Shown one piece after another: positions 58,617-62,280 of a stretch of DNA of 62,280 nucleotides. This DNA comes from Candidatus Omnitrophota bacterium. Lineage in GTDB: Bacteria > Omnitrophota > Gorgyraeia > Gygaellales > Profunditerraquicolaceae. The DNA is taken from positions 1-62,280 of the forward strand of contig JAZDMX010000026.1 in the NCBI GenBank assembly GCA_043800555.1. The letters are read 5' to 3'. The first letter of the stretch is position 1. Each line of letters starts with the position of its first letter. Under the pieces are notes generated by a model. It made no database searches and was not told where the DNA came from. It was given only the letters and a program-made list of their open reading frames with translations. A program made the translations under genes and the position numbers.

Positions 58617-59138
58617 CTATTTTTTCTGCCTTATCTGATCCAAACAAATAACAAATTTCGCCAATACCTGATTCAACGTTATCACTAAACCCGATATTGG
58701 CGAATTCAACGCACAAACCACCTGAGCGCGTAAAACTTCCTTTGACGGAAGCTTAGACATATGCTCTATATCTTTTTTCTCGATTATTTTATCGTTTAAG
58801 ATGCCGCCTTCAACCTTCAGTTGTTCATGTTCCTTGGTAAAATTAAATATGGCCTGCGATGCTGCTACGGGCTCATCTTTAACGAAAACCAACCCGCAGG
58901 CTCCGTCGATATTATTAACCAATGGGGCCAATGTTGAATCTTTAAACGCGCGGCGGGCAACGCTGTTCTTAACCACGAACAAACTCGCCCTTGCCCCTTT
59001 TAAAGCCTGCCTTAATGAACAAAGGTCGGGGCTGGATACCCCGGAATGCTTAATAACGAAAACCGCCCCCGAATCCTTTAAAGTATTTTTAATACGGTTT
59101 TCAGAGGCTTCCTTAAATATTAATCCGATTTTCTTCAT
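58617..59138 (-). CDS. rplJ: 50S ribosomal protein L10
   Basis: 173 aa. It sits between rplA and rplL. Confidence 0.9.
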   Translation of the reverse strand: MKKIGLIFKEASENRIKNTLKDSGAVFVIKHSGVSSPDLCSLRQALKGARASLFVVKNSVARRAFKDSTLAPLVNNIDGACGLVFVKDEPVAASQAIFNFTKEHEQLKVEGGILNDKIIEKKDIEHMSKLPSKEVLRAQVVCALNSPISGLVITLNQVLAKFVICLDQIRQKK

Positions 59139-59197
59139 AGTTCGGCTCGTTTTACTGGCTCGCTATAACCTCTGATTCATCAAAGGGTTTATAGTAT

Positions 59198-59878
59198 TTA
59201 TACCGCTAAGGTTAATCCGGGGTTCATCGACGTAGCGATAGAAAGGCTCTTGACGAATTTACCTTTCACCGAACCCGGTTTTGCCTCATTCAAGGCTTCA
59301 ATTACCCTGGAAGCGTTATCGTATAATTTATCTTCGCTAAATGACGCTTTTCCTACCGACAGATGCACGCCTCCCTGCTTGTCAACGCGGAATTCCACTT
59401 TTCCCTTCCTCACATCATCAATCGCCTTCAATATATCGTTGGTAACAGTCCCGGTCTTAGGGCTGGGCATCAGGCCGCGGGGCCCTAAAACTTTGCCCAA
59501 TTTACTTAGATCTTTCATCATCTCGGGGGTGGAAATCGCGCAATCAAAATCCAGGAAACCGCCCGCCACTTTGTCTATAAGCTCTAGCCCTCCTACATAG
59601 TCGGCATTGGCAGAACGGGCAACCTTTTCATGCTCCCCCTTGCAGAAAACCGCGACCCGGACTTTTTTGCCCGTTCCATGAGGCAAAATCACCGTTCCGC
59701 GGACCATCTGATCGCTCTTTTTTGTATCAACGCTTAAATTAAAATGCAAATCCACCGAACCGTCGAATTTCGTCGGGGCCATCCGCTTCAAAGCGGTTAT
59801 GGCTTCCTTGAGCTGGTATGCCTTGTCCTTATCCAGGTTTTTTTCAGATTCATTATACCTTTTACTGCGAAATTTCAT
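59198..59878 (-). CDS. rplA: 50S ribosomal protein L1
   Basis: 226 aa. [11 protein letters not shown] and [15 protein letters not shown] are typical of uL1. Confidence 0.95.
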   Translation of the reverse strand: MKFRSKRYNESEKNLDKDKAYQLKEAITALKRMAPTKFDGSVDLHFNLSVDTKKSDQMVRGTVILPHGTGKKVRVAVFCKGEHEKVARSANADYVGGLELIDKVAGGFLDFDCAISTPEMMKDLSKLGKVLGPRGLMPSPKTGTVTNDILKAIDDVRKGKVEFRVDKQGGVHLSVGKASFSEDKLYDNASRVIEALNEAKPGSVKGKFVKSLSIATSMNPGLTLAV

Positions 59879-59908
59879 TTATCTATCTCCCGTTTCTATC
59901 CCTAAAAG

Positions 59909-60337
59909 TCAACCCTCAACAACGATGCCCATACTGCGGGCTGTTCCCTCAATAGTCTTGATTGCCTGGGCTTCATCGGAGGTATTCAAATCCGACATTT
60001 TCTGTTTGGCGATCTCCTCAACTTGCTTTTTAGTTACCTTGCCGATAATTTCCTTGCCGCTTATGCCGCTGGCCTTGGCCAGGTTAGCCGCGCGTTTTAA
60101 AAGGACCGAGGATGGCGGGCTCTTAATAATAAAGGTAAAGCTCCTGTCATCGTAAACGCTTATAACAACCGGCAGGATCAAACCGTCCCTGCCCTTGGTT
60201 TGATCGTTAAATTGCTTGCAAAACTGCATGATATTTACGCCATGCTGGCCCAATGCCGGGCCAACCGGAGGCGCCGGATTTGCCTGGGCCGCCGGAACAT
60301 GCAACTTAATTTGCGCCTTAATATTCTTCTTTGCCAT
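59909..60337 (-). CDS. rplK: 50S ribosomal protein L11
   Basis: 142 aa with [24 protein letters not shown]. Confidence 0.95.
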   Translation of the reverse strand: MAKKNIKAQIKLHVPAAQANPAPPVGPALGQHGVNIMQFCKQFNDQTKGRDGLILPVVISVYDDRSFTFIIKSPPSSVLLKRAANLAKASGISGKEIIGKVTKKQVEEIAKQKMSDLNTSDEAQAIKTIEGTARSMGIVVEG

Positions 60338-60383
60338 TTTTCCTTGTCCTGCCCGTAAGCTTAAAGCTATTTATAAATTTATT

Positions 60384-60911
60384 TTATATCTTTTCAACCT
60401 GCCAATATTCCAATTCCACCGGGGTAGCGCGGCCAAAAATGGAGACGCTCACCTTGATCTTGCCTTTTTCCGGATGGATCTCGTCGATTGTGCCGTTAAA
60501 ATTTTGAAATGGGCCCTCGGTAACCCTTACCTGCTCGCCTTTTTCAAAAACGATTTTAGGGCTGGGTTTAACCTGGGTGTCTTTTGTCTTCTTTAAGATA
60601 TTATCTACTTCGCTTTGAGGCAGGGGCATTGGTTTTTTACCCAAACCGATGAAACCGGTTACTCCGGGAGCGGTCTTGACGAATAAATACGTCTTTTCAT
60701 TAAGCTCCATCTCCACCAACAGATAACCCGGAAAGAATTTTCTTTGAGATATCTTCTTTTTTCCGGAGCGGACCTCGGAAACCTGTTCGGTCGGGATAAT
60801 TACGCTTGAGATCTCTTCCTGTAATCCGGAAGCAGCGATCTTATTTTCTAAAGACGACTTTACCTTGTCCTCTAAACCCGTTTGCGTATGGACTACATAC
60901 CAGTTTTTCAT
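60384..60911 (-). CDS. nusG: Transcription termination/antitermination factor NusG
   Basis: 175 aa with the NGN start MKNWYVVHT and a C-terminal KOW motif ([18 protein letters not shown]). Confidence 0.95.
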   Translation of the reverse strand: MKNWYVVHTQTGLEDKVKSSLENKIAASGLQEEISSVIIPTEQVSEVRSGKKKISQRKFFPGYLLVEMELNEKTYLFVKTAPGVTGFIGLGKKPMPLPQSEVDNILKKTKDTQVKPSPKIVFEKGEQVRVTEGPFQNFNGTIDEIHPEKGKIKVSVSIFGRATPVELEYWQVEKI

Positions 60912-61102
60912 TATTTGAATAGTAGGCTTAATAGTTTAGAAAGAAAAATATCCACCACTCCGATAAAAACTCCCAATATTACGGTAACCACGATTACCAC
61001 CGTTGTAGAAGAGAATAATTCCTCCCGCGAACTCCAGGCAACCTTTCCCAGTTCCGCCTTTACTTCTTTTACAAAATTTACAGGTTTTGCTAATATATTC
61101 AT
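60911..61102 (-). CDS. secE: Preprotein translocase subunit SecE
   Basis: 63 aa with a single C-terminal transmembrane helix. FVKEVKAELGKVAWSSREE is typical of SecE. It lies upstream of nusG. Confidence 0.9.
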   Translation of the reverse strand: MNILAKPVNFVKEVKAELGKVAWSSREELFSSTTVVIVVTVILGVFIGVVDIFLSKLLSLLFK

Positions 61103-61238
61103 CCCGTTACGGTTATTCCTTAATCCCGTTTATATCCTTCTAGCGGGACTAACCTCTTTTTCTGCGCTTGTTCCTTAAGGCCAGCGCAAGCCTAGCTGCG
61201 TATCATTTTTTACGGCCGCTCTTTTTCTTTCAAAACCA

Positions 61239-61309
61239 CAGGAGCGGCAGGACTTGAACCTGCAGTCACGGTTTTGGAGACCGTTGGTTTGCCATTAACC
61301 GACGCCCCT
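61239..61309 (-). tRNA. tRNA-Trp (anticodon CCA)
   Basis: Hand-folded cloverleaf. The acceptor is AGGGGCG/CGCTCCT with one G-U pair. The anticodon arm is ACGGT-CTCCAAA-ACCGT. The T arm is GCAGG-TTCAAGT-CCTGC. It sits in the classical position between rpmG and secE. Confidence 0.85.
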
Positions 61310-61392
61310 ATTAAGATCCTTCGCTTCCCTAAAGGATGAGCTTGGCTGCTGCGGTTTACGCTCAAACATCCCATAAACCGCCTCCGGCCTGC

Positions 61393-61542
61393 TCATTTTG
61401 TTTCTTTATGCGGGGTATGTTTATGACAGCGCTGACAAAACTTATTTATTTCTAAACGGTCCTGATGCAGTTTTTTGTTCTTTGTCGTCGTATAATTTCT
61501 ATTTTTGCAAACGGTGCATTCTAATGTAATTATTTCGCGCAT
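61393..61542 (-). CDS. rpmG: 50S ribosomal protein L33 (Cys4 zinc form)
   Basis: 49 aa from [24 protein letters not shown]...[15 protein letters not shown] reject the 11-codon upstream extension. Confidence 0.9.
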   Translation of the reverse strand: MREIITLECTVCKNRNYTTTKNKKLHQDRLEINKFCQRCHKHTPHKETK

Positions 61543-61599
61543 TTTCAATGGGCACATGGCTTGCCAATGCCGCATACAAGTAAGCCTATGTGCAAATTA

Positions 61600-61672
61600 A
61601 GCTGGAGAAGGGAATTGAACCCTTGACCCCGTCCTTACCAAGGACGTGCTCTACCGACTGAGCTACTCCAGC
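61600..61672 (-). tRNA. tRNA-Thr (anticodon GGU)
   Basis: Hand-folded cloverleaf. The acceptor is GCTGGAG/CTCCAGC. The D arm is GCTC-AGTCGGTA-GAGC. The anticodon arm is CGTCC-TTGGTAA-GGACG. The T arm is AAGGG-TTCAATT-CCCTT. Confidence 0.9.
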
Positions 61673-61821
61673 ATTATTCTGGATTAACTTAATTTCTCGT
61701 CGGCTTCGCTCATTTATTGCTTGCAGAAAATAAAAAAACTCCACCCCAAGAATGTAAAGACAATTCTATTTGTTTTGCTCCTCAAGCCTTTAAGTGAATA
61801 AATACTTAAGGAAGATTATAA

Positions 61822-61850
61822 AGTATATATTAAAAATATAATTTTGTCAA
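61822..61850 (-). promoter_or_regulatory. Strong sigma70-type promoter (TTGACA, 17-nt spacer, TATACT) with an A-rich UP-like tract, upstream of tRNA-Thr/rpmG
   Basis: Hexamers and spacing were read on the minus strand in an AT-rich intergenic region. Confidence 0.5.
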
Positions 61851-61918
61851 TTATTTTTTTTAGATTTTCGGATTTTTAAAAGGCCGGATTTAAATGCGCC
61901 TCCCTCGCGCAATTAGCT

Positions 61919-62280
61919 TTAATCCTTATCCCAGCCCGTGCGATGCCTCTTGCCTGCTATAATTAAGGCTGCAATGATTCCAAATGTAATAAAGGCCTGG
62001 GAGAGGCTTAAAAAAGCTTCGTAGGCCTTATCGTTACTAACCATGACCGCACTTATCCCTAAAGAAAAAGTAATGGAATATATAAAAAGTACTGCCCCCC
62101 GAGAACCTAAACCCAAATCCACAAGATAATGATGAAAGTGATCCCTACCTCCGTACTTCAACCATTCAAAAACGTTTTTAACCTTTCCTTCTTTTATGCG
62201 TATTACGGTAGTAAATACCATGTCAAAAATTGGGACTCCTAAAATTAAAATCGGGATAGAAATCTTGACGATATTGTCGC
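61919..62280 (-). CDS. C-terminal part of a polyprenyl-phosphate N-acetylhexosamine-1-phosphate transferase family protein (WecA/MraY-like); 5' end lies outside the window
   Basis: The reading frame stays open to the window edge (...GVPIFDMVFTTVIRI...). GGRDHFHHYLVDLG and terminal transmembrane helices are typical of this family. Confidence 0.65.
   Translation of the reverse strand, partial: DNIVKISIPILILGVPIFDMVFTTVIRIKEGKVKNVFEWLKYGGRDHFHHYLVDLGLGSRGAVLFIYSITFSLGISAVMVSNDKAYEAFLSLSQAFITFGIIAALIIAGKRHRTGWDKD

Noticed and set aside
1-62280. Mobile genetic element, prophage or genomic island
   Set aside because: The window contains no integrase, transposase, recombinase or phage structural genes, and no direct repeats flank the tRNA genes. 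The only boundary-like signals are the 27-bp hairpin at 4369-4437 and the edge repeat array, and these are reported separately.

Overview
This is a 62.3-kb chromosomal segment from a bacterium I cannot assign to a taxon, because the window has no rRNA. Every gene I can support lies on the minus strand, so transcription runs from high to low coordinates.

Gene order in transcription direction:
- The 3' part of a WecA/MraY-family transferase gene, cut by the window end.
- A strong-looking promoter, then tRNA-Thr(GGU), rpmG and tRNA-Trp(CCA).
- An uninterrupted array secE-nusG-rplKAJL-rpoBC-rpsLG-fusA-tuf-S10-spc-alpha, from about 61.1 kb down to 30.4 kb. It includes rpmJ, which the ORF track missed. 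rpmD is absent.
- A metabolic block: an aspartate aminotransferase, leuC-pilT-leuD, an isocitrate-dehydrogenase-like gene, mdh and an lpd-like gene.
- A three-gene minor-pilin cassette plus a small membrane protein, then a stand-alone lipoyl-domain protein.
- A GAF/HD-GYP protein and glycolipid/acyltransferase genes ending in cobO.
- A cobalamin-riboswitch-controlled btuFCD-cobC-cobU-cobT-cobS-cobQ operon that ends in an unexpected Dph6-like PP-loop ATPase.
- A second cobalamin riboswitch in front of a BtuB-like TonB-dependent receptor and a TonB-like gene.
- A long hairpin terminator.
- A compact operon encoding an ECF sigma factor, a soluble zinc-finger anti-sigma factor and a membrane-anchored CHAT (caspase-like) protease with a TPR array.
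- A final ~750 bp with no convincing long ORF. It holds two intrinsic terminators bracketing a highly structured ~190-nt segment, a 34-codon basic mini-ORF, and an iteron-like inverted repeat array cut by the window edge.

I consider the ECF sigma / anti-sigma / CHAT-TPR module the best candidate for an undescribed system. It resembles a CRISPR-independent counterpart of the type III-E Craspase-Csx30-RpoE signalling logic. No CRISPR array, transposase, integrase or rRNA gene is present.

All functional calls come from reading the translated ORFs and recognising motifs. No database search was run.
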